From: Candidatus Saccharimonadia bacterium
Lineage (GTDB): Bacteria > Patescibacteriota > Saccharimonadia > CAILAD01 > BJGX01
Length of the DNA: 50,358 nt
Assembly: GCA_039738615.1 (NCBI GenBank)
Contig: JBCLLP010000002.1
Span: forward strand, 1 to 50,358
Direction: 5' to 3'
Under the pieces are notes generated by a model. The model had not been told where the DNA came from. It saw nothing but the letters and a program-made list of their open reading frames with translations, and searched no databases. This document shows positions 26,836 to 34,799 of this stretch, one piece after another. Position 1 is the stretch's first letter; each line of letters starts with the position of its first letter. A program made the position numbers and the translations under genes.

Positions 26836-27396
26836 ATGTACGGCGTTACAGATCTCCGCAAAGACACCCTCATAGACCTTGATGGCTCACCATACAAGGT
26901 TTTAGAGTATGCCCAAAAGCAACTAGGTAGGGGTGGTAGCATTGTCAATACCAAACTCAAAAACCTAATTACAGGGCAGGTCATAGATAAGACTTTTAAA
27001 AATGTTGAAAAAGTTAAGCCAGCCGACATAGGTCGCCAAAGTGTGCAGTATTTGTACTCGGGCGGTGGCAAGATGAGTGTTATGAATCAAGATAGCTATG
27101 AAACTATCGAGCTAGATTTGGATTTAGATGACAATATACCCAAGTATTTGCTGGAGGGCTCGACCATTGACGCCCAAGTATATAATGACAATATCATAGG
27201 TTTTGAATGGCCTAAAAATGTCATATTAAAAGTCATCAGCGCTCCAGGTAGTGATAGAGGTAATAGTGCTAGCGCTACCACCAAAGAGGTAGAGCTTGAG
27301 ACAGGGCTTAAAATACAAGCCCCCCAATTTATTAAAGAAGGCGATGCACTCAGGGTTGATACTCGCAGGGCTAGCTACATTGAACGCGCCAAGTAA
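26836..27396 (+). CDS. efp: Elongation factor P
   Basis: DLRKDTLIDLDGSPYKVLEYAQKQLGRGGSIVNTKLKNLITGQ..., 186 aa with three-domain length. Confidence 0.92.
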   Translation: MYGVTDLRKDTLIDLDGSPYKVLEYAQKQLGRGGSIVNTKLKNLITGQVIDKTFKNVEKVKPADIGRQSVQYLYSGGGKMSVMNQDSYETIELDLDLDDNIPKYLLEGSTIDAQVYNDNIIGFEWPKNVILKVISAPGSDRGNSASATTKEVELETGLKIQAPQFIKEGDALRVDTRRASYIERAK

Positions 27397-27398
27397 GT

Positions 27399-28472
27399 TT
27401 AGGCGTGCCTAAAAATGGCAATATCGCCATCCTTGAACTCATAATCCTTGCCCTCTAGCCGAGTCTTACCGGCTTCCCCAGCTCCTGCCCACCCATTGCC
27501 TGCCACAAAATCATCAAAGCCTACTACCTCGGCTTTTATAAAGCCCTTTTCAAAATCACCATGAATTACCCCAGCAGCCTGGGGGGCAAGAGTACCCTTG
27601 CGGATTGTCCAGGCACGAGTCTCTTGCTCACCACAAGTAAAGTAACTTATAAAGCCGAGGGTTTCATAGCCTAGCCGAATTAGTGTATCTAGCCCCGATT
27701 CTTCTTGCCCTAAAGATGCTAATAGTTCATTAGCCTCACTAGCTTCAAGGTCCATCAGCTGGGATTCCATCTCGGCACTTAAAAATACACTAGGGTAGGG
27801 TGCCACTAGCTCGGCTAGCTGGCTTTTAATGTCGGTATTGCCTAGGTCATTTTCGTCTATATTAAACACATATATAAAGTCCTTGGCGGTCAGTAGCTGG
27901 AGGTCTTTAATGGCATCTAGGCCTATATCTTTATTGCTAGCCACGAGCTCGGTATTATCAAGTACCGTCTCGGCCTTTTTGAGCTCATCAAAATACGGCT
28001 TGAGCATGGGGTTGGTTTTAATCTCTTTATCGGCTTTTGTGAGGCGAGCTTGAACTGTTGCTAGGTCTGCCAAGCAAAGCTCCATGCGGATAATATCTAT
28101 ATCACGCTTAGGGTCAATGTTGCCCTCGATGTGTATGATGTTATCGTTTTCAAATGCTCGTACCACTTGGATTATTACATTGTTTTCTCGGATATGGCTG
28201 AGGAACTTATTGCCTAGTCCTGCACCTTCGGAGGCGCCCTTAACGATGCCTGCGATATCCACAAAGGTACAGCTAGCGGGGATAGTCTTGGCACTCTTAC
28301 TAATGTTAGCCAGCTTACTTACTCGTTCATCAGGTACATTAATCACACCTACATTTGGCTCTATGGTGGCAAAGGGGTAGTTGGCCGCTAATACTCGGTT
28401 CTTGGTAAGGGCATTAAAAAGCGTTGATTTGCCCACATTGGGCAGGCCCACAATTCCTATAGATAGACTCAT
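27399..28472 (-). CDS. ychF: Ribosome-binding ATPase YchF (Obg-like)
   Basis: IGIVGLPNVGKSTLFNALT, a central coiled-coil insert, and a C-terminal TGS-like domain (RAWTIRKGTLAPQAAGVIHGDFEKGFI). Confidence 0.95.
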   Translation of the reverse strand: MSLSIGIVGLPNVGKSTLFNALTKNRVLAANYPFATIEPNVGVINVPDERVSKLANISKSAKTIPASCTFVDIAGIVKGASEGAGLGNKFLSHIRENNVIIQVVRAFENDNIIHIEGNIDPKRDIDIIRMELCLADLATVQARLTKADKEIKTNPMLKPYFDELKKAETVLDNTELVASNKDIGLDAIKDLQLLTAKDFIYVFNIDENDLGNTDIKSQLAELVAPYPSVFLSAEMESQLMDLEASEANELLASLGQEESGLDTLIRLGYETLGFISYFTCGEQETRAWTIRKGTLAPQAAGVIHGDFEKGFIKAEVVGFDDFVAGNGWAGAGEAGKTRLEGKDYEFKDGDIAIFRHA

Positions 28473-28613
28473 ATTTTAATATCCTGACATTCGCCCTAAT
28501 TATAGCATTTTTATAAGCTAAAGAGCTACTGGTATTCTTACGCAGAAGCATATGTACTATAATTATAAAAGCGTATGGGGTATAATAAAATTTATATTAA
28601 GAGAGGGTAGAAA

Positions 28614-29654
28614 GTGGATAATCATAATCACACCAATCGTTCGGATGCTAGCCATATCACAAGTACGGCCAGGACTATTGATACCAATTCACCCCAGAAG
28701 CCACTCATGCCTAAGCGAGGCAAGCAGGGGCTTAAGATATTCGTAGTTGTACTATTGCTAGCAGGGCTAGTGGCTGGCGGGGTGTATTTATTTACACAAC
28801 GAAAGTCTAATCAGAAGAACACACTCTCTAATAAGAGTGTGTACGATGAAGCCATCAAATCTTACAATAGCTTCCCCGGTGTAAGTAATCTTTCTACTGA
28901 GGATAGAGCAAAGCTAGATGCCGAAATACAGCCCCAGTACTTGGCCGGGTATGTTACGGGCTTTGGCCCTAATGCAAATGAGATAAGTACCGCCCCAGGT
29001 GTTATTGGCAATACTGCTGCCCCAGCTACCATAAGTGCCTATATACAAAGCATAATCAACAATAAGACTCAGCTCGCCAAGACTACTGGCTACTACCAAG
29101 GCTATGTATTTTATTTTTGGTATGACGACGCCCCCACCGCAAGCACGGTGGAGCAAGTGCCGAATACGATCCAGCCAGCCGTAGTGCCGAATACGATTCA
29201 GCCAGCCGTAGTAATAGCAGATAAGCAGTATGCCAGCCAAAAGGCCAAAGAGTACCAGCAGAAGTTGGCTAATGGTAGTATTACTCCTCAAAAAGCGGCC
29301 GATGAGCTTTTGCTAGATAGGCGACTGGCATTATTCGATCAGTCTAATAATTCGGGATATTTTGCTACCGCCCTGCCGCTCGGTGCTAGCGGTAGTTTGA
29401 TTCATGAAATAGCCAAGCTCGCAGGCGAAACCAACCCTGGGCAAGGTGACTCTACTAATAATATGCTCAGTAATGCCAGAGGGCCTGGGCTTACAGCATT
29501 AGCCACCATCAACGCAGTGCCTGGGGGGCCGGCTAGTGGCATTAAAAAAGAAGTAGGATTTATGATGGCGTATCTAGATCTAGTGCTGAAGGGGCAGGGT
29601 TCGATAGATAGATACCAATCGGAGCTAAATATAGCCAAGGCTAAACTCCAATGA
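28614..29654 (+). CDS. Hypothetical membrane-anchored protein (copy 1)
   Basis: GTG start with SD GAGAGGG 6 nt upstream, one TM (IFVVVLLLAGLVAGGVYLF), an internal VPNTIQPAV x2 repeat, and an ATGA overlap with the next gene. I recognise no family. Confidence 0.6.
   Translation: MDNHNHTNRSDASHITSTARTIDTNSPQKPLMPKRGKQGLKIFVVVLLLAGLVAGGVYLFTQRKSNQKNTLSNKSVYDEAIKSYNSFPGVSNLSTEDRAKLDAEIQPQYLAGYVTGFGPNANEISTAPGVIGNTAAPATISAYIQSIINNKTQLAKTTGYYQGYVFYFWYDDAPTASTVEQVPNTIQPAVVPNTIQPAVVIADKQYASQKAKEYQQKLANGSITPQKAADELLLDRRLALFDQSNNSGYFATALPLGASGSLIHEIAKLAGETNPGQGDSTNNMLSNARGPGLTALATINAVPGGPASGIKKEVGFMMAYLDLVLKGQGSIDRYQSELNIAKAKLQ
29157..29210 (+). repeat. 27-bp tandem duplication (2 units, 1 mismatch) inside the 346-aa gene
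   Basis: gtgccgaatacgatccagccagccgta / gtgccgaatacgattcagccagccgta. Confidence 0.9.
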
Positions 29655-31984
29655 TGAAGTACCGAAGCCTAAAAGCCCTCTTAGTGGCAGGCCTTAGTAT
29701 AGCTGTGTTTTTTGTTTTTAGCGGCCAGGCCCTGGCCTATACACCGAACGATTTATCGGTTTTTACAGGCTTTAGAGGTCTTGGCTCCACTACTTCCACA
29801 CCAGTAGATGTAGGTGGCTCGGCTGAGGTAGTGCCTGTACCTGGTTTGATACCCTTACAGGCCGCCCCGTATTATGGTAATCATTTCGATAACGATCATA
29901 ATAATTCGCCAGATGCCAATTCAGTCATGTGGGGTACTAGTGGTAATTTTTATAATCTCGCCTCGTGGTACAAGCCTCCGTTCATATGGTGCGGCGCGGC
30001 CGGAGGCTGGCCTTATGGCCTAACGATCAAGGTTTCGGCACTATTCCAGCATGGCACCTGGCTAAATGGAGCCAATAAATTAACAGTAGGGGGGGTAGTA
30101 AAGAATGGTTACTGGGTAGGTGAATGGTGGAGGCAGGCCAACGACGGCTCAGGCTGGGTGGGACATAAAACAGCCTTCTCTGGCCCTAGCACCCAGATTT
30201 TAGCACTCAATCCAGGCCTTATGGTTGTCATATTTACCTTTATCGAAACCCCTCCCCCACCAACCTACGCTGGTACTATTCAAATCGAAAAGCACCTAGT
30301 ACCTGGGGATAATTATCCATCGCCAGGCAGTCCGCCCTATAACGCTAAGGTCGGCATAACAAATAATATCAACAGCTGGAACCCACAGAGCACTAGCAAT
30401 CCTTATAGTCATCCTGGAATATGGGTAGACCCCCAAGATCCGTACTCTAATTCCCAGCGGGCTGGTACTACAGGAAGCTATAACACCTGGGTGGATGTAC
30501 CGGCTGGTTATGAGGTTGACACATACACGGTAGCTGGCTCACCCAGTCCACAGGACCACAGGACTATGATCTGCACAGGGGCTAATAATACTGGTAGATG
30601 CAAGGTAAATGCCATTAGAGTCAGCAATAATGCCACTACCACCGTTAAGTTTAATTTAAGGCAAGCCTCCAAAGGTTTAGTTGTTTGCCGAAAGGGTGTT
30701 GACTCCTCTGGTACTGCTAATGGCCGTTTCTATTGGGAAGGCTATGGCATAGACGCCAGTAACCAAGCCAATGCCCCAGTTGTTAAGCTCTATCAAGGCT
30801 CTACATTACTCCAGACTATAGCTGGTAATCGGCAACTCCCCAATAATACTACCTATACCAGTAATAATACTACCTATCCGGGGATGCTAGCCACCACTAA
30901 TTATGATTTCATGGTAGATCTAGATAGTGTTTTCCATGATGGCAGGACGCGTAGCATTACCCCCAAGCTAGTTACCGCTGTAGGAACTGACCTAACACTT
31001 CCTAATGTCAGTATTGGGGGGAGTACGGACGTCTGTGGTGGGGGCACACCTACTTTTGCTTGGGCTTGGCCGTGGCTTCGGACTAGCCGGGGAGATGTAA
31101 TTGCTAGCGGGCAAATAAACGGTCAAGTTACTAGCCCTGATGGTACTACTTACCTCGGAGCTAGGCCTGCTACTGCCACCAATAAAGAAGCCGAGTTTCT
31201 GATAATTTCTGCCGTGGGTAATGGCGGGCCATTTTGTAGCACCTATAATTATATCCTTACCAATATTACTGCTACTACTGCCGAGGGCTGTGGTAATGGC
31301 GCAGGCTATAGCATCCTCAACAGCTACCCACTAAATAGTGGCGGCAATGATGTAATTGTTGAGGGAGTTAAGAAGGCCTATGACACATTTAGCAAAGCCG
31401 ATCCTATTTGCTCGGCGGATAAAACTACTGCTGAGTTGGCTACTATAACTGTACTACCCGGCTGTGGGGATGGCGTCGTGTATAAGCTTACTGGTGGAAA
31501 CACCCTTAGCAATTCCATCAATGTAACTAAAGGTCGGGTCACTATCTATGTTGAAGGAGATCTTTACATTAATGCCAATATTATTTATAGTCCTGCTGGC
31601 ATCACAAATATTAAAGATTACCCCAACCTAGCGATAGTGGTTAGGGGTAATGTCAATATTGCTAGTAGTGTAGCTAATATTTCGGCCCTAATATATGCCT
31701 CTGGCAAAATTGACACTTGTGCCACAGCCTCAGCCCCTAGCCCCACCCAAAATTGTTTTACTAGGCTCAGTGTAGATGGCTCACTAATAGCCAAGAGTGG
31801 TATAAGATTTGGAAGGTCGTATTATGATAGCAACATGTTGGGCGAGCGCCTCTCAGCCGAATACATTGCTCTTACGCCCCAAACCTTCGTATACCCAGCC
31901 CCCGGCATAGATCGTCAGTCTGCTTTTAGTCAGCAAGAGGGCTCATATACCCTTGATCCCGGGGAATACAACCCTAGATTCTAG
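29651..31984 (+). CDS. Large secreted protein of unknown function (copy 1), adhesin-like
   Basis: Sec signal peptide (KALLVAGLSIAVFFVFSGQALA|YT). G/N/T/W-rich, with a PPPP linker then GTIQIEK...TTTVKFNL (Ig-like/CnaB-like by eye). The C-terminal part looks like a beta-helix (VTIYVEGDLYINANIIYS...LAIVVRGNVNIASSVANISALIYASG). Confidence 0.7.
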   Translation: MMKYRSLKALLVAGLSIAVFFVFSGQALAYTPNDLSVFTGFRGLGSTTSTPVDVGGSAEVVPVPGLIPLQAAPYYGNHFDNDHNNSPDANSVMWGTSGNFYNLASWYKPPFIWCGAAGGWPYGLTIKVSALFQHGTWLNGANKLTVGGVVKNGYWVGEWWRQANDGSGWVGHKTAFSGPSTQILALNPGLMVVIFTFIETPPPPTYAGTIQIEKHLVPGDNYPSPGSPPYNAKVGITNNINSWNPQSTSNPYSHPGIWVDPQDPYSNSQRAGTTGSYNTWVDVPAGYEVDTYTVAGSPSPQDHRTMICTGANNTGRCKVNAIRVSNNATTTVKFNLRQASKGLVVCRKGVDSSGTANGRFYWEGYGIDASNQANAPVVKLYQGSTLLQTIAGNRQLPNNTTYTSNNTTYPGMLATTNYDFMVDLDSVFHDGRTRSITPKLVTAVGTDLTLPNVSIGGSTDVCGGGTPTFAWAWPWLRTSRGDVIASGQINGQVTSPDGTTYLGARPATATNKEAEFLIISAVGNGGPFCSTYNYILTNITATTAEGCGNGAGYSILNSYPLNSGGNDVIVEGVKKAYDTFSKADPICSADKTTAELATITVLPGCGDGVVYKLTGGNTLSNSINVTKGRVTIYVEGDLYINANIIYSPAGITNIKDYPNLAIVVRGNVNIASSVANISALIYASGKIDTCATASAPSPTQNCFTRLSVDGSLIAKSGIRFGRSYYDSNMLGERLSAEYIALTPQTFVYPAPGIDRQSAFSQQEGSYTLDPGEYNPRF

Positions 31985-32109
31985 GGGCTAAACCTGCCGA
32001 TAAAAGAAATAGTAGAACACTATAATGATGCAGTTTACCTGCTAAATTATAATATAAATACCAGCATTGCATCACAGTTTGATAGTAGCTATAAATAGCC
32101 TTTTACTTT

Positions 32110-32129
32110 GTAGCACTAAGTAGCACTAA
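32110..32129 (+). repeat. Perfect 10-bp tandem direct repeat upstream of pilM
   Basis: gtagcactaa gtagcactaa, ~55 nt upstream of the pilM ATG. Confidence 0.7.
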
Positions 32130-32182
32130 AATTCTTATGCGAAATGTTAATATAATGATTAGTCTTATGCTAAAATTAGGTT

Positions 32183-33229
32183 ATGGAATCGTTTAATCAA
32201 GAACAGAATTATTTCGGTCTTGATTTGGGAAACAGCAGTATTAAGGTTGCTCAGGTTAGAGAACTTCGAGGTCGCCCAACTCTAATTACCTATGGGGATA
32301 TTGATATGCCCGAAAACCTTCTATCTAGTGATTCACCAATCGATCAAGATAGGGTAGCAGAATATGTAAGAAAGCTGGCTAGCGACGCTAATGTTACTAG
32401 CAAAAATGTAATAGCAGCTTTGCCCTCGGTGGCATCATATACTGCAATTATTAAAACCCCCAAGCTACCCCTAAAGGAACTAGGGGAGAGTATTAAGTAC
32501 CAAGCAGACAAATATATACCTATGTCACTTGATGACGTAAAGCTTGACTGGGCAGTTATAGGAGAGGACCCCAACTCAGACCAGCTTGATATACTACTAG
32601 TGGCGGCACCTAATAACATTGCCAATAAGTATCTTAATATTATCCAAAAAGCTGGCTTTGAACTGCTTAGCCTTGAAATTAATGCTCTAGCGTTGGCTAG
32701 ATCACTAACTCAGCCAGCCCAGGCCAAGACGACAGTTATGGTTGTAGATATAGGCACTATGGCCAGTGATATTGCGATTTTTACGGGTGAAGTACCGCAG
32801 ATAGTTCGGTCTGTAGGCGTAGGATCCAAGGCTATACGAAGGGTTATATCTCAAAACCTAGGCCTAGATATGACGCAAGCTGATCAGTTTATGAAAAAGT
32901 TTGGTTTGCAGGAAGATAAAATTGAGGGGCAGGTATTTAAGACCATTAAGCCCGTGATAGACCATATAGTCGAGGAAATCAAAAAGTCCATAGCTTTCTA
33001 TACTGAGCGTAATCCCGAGTCAAAGACCGAAAAACTAATTCTTACTGGTGGCACATCGGCATTACCCAATTTAGCCGTCTATATTGCCAATTCTACCCAG
33101 CTCACGGTAGAGATAGGCAACCCCTGGGTAAATATTAGCTATCCCTCAAACCTACAGGAGAGTATATCTATACTTAGCTTAAATTACGCAACAGCATTAG
33201 GCCTAGCACTTAGGAACTTTAGCAAATGA
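32183..33229 (+). CDS. pilM: Type IV pilus assembly protein PilM (actin-like ATPase fold)
   Basis: FGLDLGNSSIKVAQV..., ...VVDIGTMASDIAIF..., ILTGGTSALPNL, and its position before pilN. Confidence 0.85.
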   Translation: MESFNQEQNYFGLDLGNSSIKVAQVRELRGRPTLITYGDIDMPENLLSSDSPIDQDRVAEYVRKLASDANVTSKNVIAALPSVASYTAIIKTPKLPLKELGESIKYQADKYIPMSLDDVKLDWAVIGEDPNSDQLDILLVAAPNNIANKYLNIIQKAGFELLSLEINALALARSLTQPAQAKTTVMVVDIGTMASDIAIFTGEVPQIVRSVGVGSKAIRRVISQNLGLDMTQADQFMKKFGLQEDKIEGQVFKTIKPVIDHIVEEIKKSIAFYTERNPESKTEKLILTGGTSALPNLAVYIANSTQLTVEIGNPWVNISYPSNLQESISILSLNYATALGLALRNFSK

Positions 33230-33828
33230 GTATCCTAATTAATTTATTACCAGAAGCCCGGCTAGCTAAGCTCAGGAATCAATCCAGGAAAAGATTTTAT
33301 ACTACTATAGCTATAGTAAGTACAGGAAGTGTAGCTACAGTCGTAATTACATTTTTACTATTTTTGGGTTTTTTGAATGCAACTTATCTAATCAATGAGT
33401 CCAGGCTTAACGATCTAAATCAAGAAATATCAAAAAACAAGGACCTAGAACAAAAAGCGGCAACTCTGCAAGCTAACCTTCAGGAATTTACTATTTTGAA
33501 TCAAAAAAGGACATACCCCACCAGAATTTATAAGAATTTATATGAAGCAACACCAGACAATGTAAAAATAACTAGCATACAAGTTAATGTAGATGGCAAG
33601 ATTACAATTTCGGGCACCACTAATTCTTTTGCTGATGTAGGTAGGTATAAAGAGATACTATTAAGCTATAATGTTAACTATAAACTCCAGCCAAATCTTG
33701 ACCGCTCAGCAATTTTTACATCTGTCGAGATTAAATCTGCCTCGCCAAATATAGCTACAGGTACAGTGACCTTTTCATTAGATGTAACTGTAGATCAAAA
33801 GGTACTTGCTAAACAGGTAGGAAAATAA
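33226..33828 (+). CDS. pilN: PilN-like pilus assembly protein
   Basis: N-terminal INLLP motif (MSILINLLPEARL), a single TM, then a coiled coil. ATGA overlap with pilM. Confidence 0.75.
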   Translation: MSILINLLPEARLAKLRNQSRKRFYTTIAIVSTGSVATVVITFLLFLGFLNATYLINESRLNDLNQEISKNKDLEQKAATLQANLQEFTILNQKRTYPTRIYKNLYEATPDNVKITSIQVNVDGKITISGTTNSFADVGRYKEILLSYNVNYKLQPNLDRSAIFTSVEIKSASPNIATGTVTFSLDVTVDQKVLAKQVGK

Positions 33829-33829
33829 T

Positions 33830-34519
33830 ATGACAGATTTAGACCCCAACATTAAACCCAAGGCTAACCCCACTAAGAAGCACCCTGTGGTGCCGATGAC
33901 TGAGGTTTCTATGGAGCAAGATAAATCAACCCGAAATTATCTAATTACCGTAATTTTGATAATTTTTATAGTTGTTCTGGCGGGTGGCATAGCTATATAT
34001 TGGCTGTGGGGAGCCTTTAGCCTTCAAACCTATAAAAATAAGGCGCAGGATCAAACTATAGGGCTATTAGAGCAAAAAAAGAAGGATTTAGTTCAACTTA
34101 AGCCTAACTACGATAAATTAATATTACCTGGCTTTGAGGGAAAGTCTACCCAAGATCAAATACTCATTGCTGTACCTACCAATGATGCTTTTGCAGAGCT
34201 ACTTGCTATGGTTGAGCGTATGGGTAATGAGTCAAATGTAAAGATAACTAGCATCACCAGGGGGGGCGTACCTACTATAGCTACTAAAGCTAATGCTGGA
34301 GGGGTTAGTTCTTATAGCATTACCATAGCTATGGAAGGCACACGGGGAACAGTACAAGATTTCCTTGCCAAAACAGAGGATTCGGCTAGGGTGCTAGATT
34401 TTATTAGTATTAGCTACGGCGATGACATGAGGGACCAAAAAATTACTGCAGATACTTCATTTATGGTATATTTCCAAGGCCCTGCCAATATTAGCCCAAC
34501 TACAAAGGAACTGCAATGA
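33830..34519 (+). CDS. PilO-like pilus assembly protein
   Basis: Single TM, a coiled coil and a C-terminal alpha/beta region, in the PilO position. The assignment rests on architecture and context. Confidence 0.5.
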   Translation: MTDLDPNIKPKANPTKKHPVVPMTEVSMEQDKSTRNYLITVILIIFIVVLAGGIAIYWLWGAFSLQTYKNKAQDQTIGLLEQKKKDLVQLKPNYDKLILPGFEGKSTQDQILIAVPTNDAFAELLAMVERMGNESNVKITSITRGGVPTIATKANAGGVSSYSITIAMEGTRGTVQDFLAKTEDSARVLDFISISYGDDMRDQKITADTSFMVYFQGPANISPTTKELQ

Positions 34520-34797
34520 ATAAAAAAACAATAACCACTATTATCATATCTGTAGCAATTTTTGTATTAGCGGTCGCGCTTTTATATAGATACTTAATCC
34601 CTCCATCTAAGGGTAGCGGTGTACAGGTCACAATCCCACATCCTGTCAATCCTAATTTCAATCAAGAAGAAATTGATACCCTCAAGAAAACTAAGTTTTA
34701 TGATGTCAATATAAAGCCAACTACCTATAATACTATTAATAGTAAATCCACTATCGCCCTATCAGCAAGAGAGATTTCTGCGCAAATCAGGAGTTAG
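34516..34797 (+). CDS. Small single-TM protein in the pil operon
   Basis: ATGA overlap with the upstream gene and an N-terminal TM (TIIISVAIFVLAVALLY). No family recognised. Confidence 0.45.
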   Translation: MNKKTITTIIISVAIFVLAVALLYRYLIPPSKGSGVQVTIPHPVNPNFNQEEIDTLKKTKFYDVNIKPTTYNTINSKSTIALSAREISAQIRS

Positions 34798-34799
34798 CT

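Larger units (their letters stand above)
28573..31988 (+). repeat. Direct repeat copy R1 (3,416 bp), upstream flank of the pilus locus
   Basis: Identity with 43477-46892 starts at gtatggggtataat and ends at ctaggggc, a constant offset of 14,904 bp. All sense and antisense ORF-track translations in the two copies are identical except for one residue. Confidence 0.95.

Noticed and set aside
31088-31096. An RGD tripeptide in the 777-aa secreted protein as an integrin-type adhesion motif.
   Set aside because: A tripeptide is expected by chance in a protein of this size. There is no supporting context, and the likely host, if any, would be bacterial.
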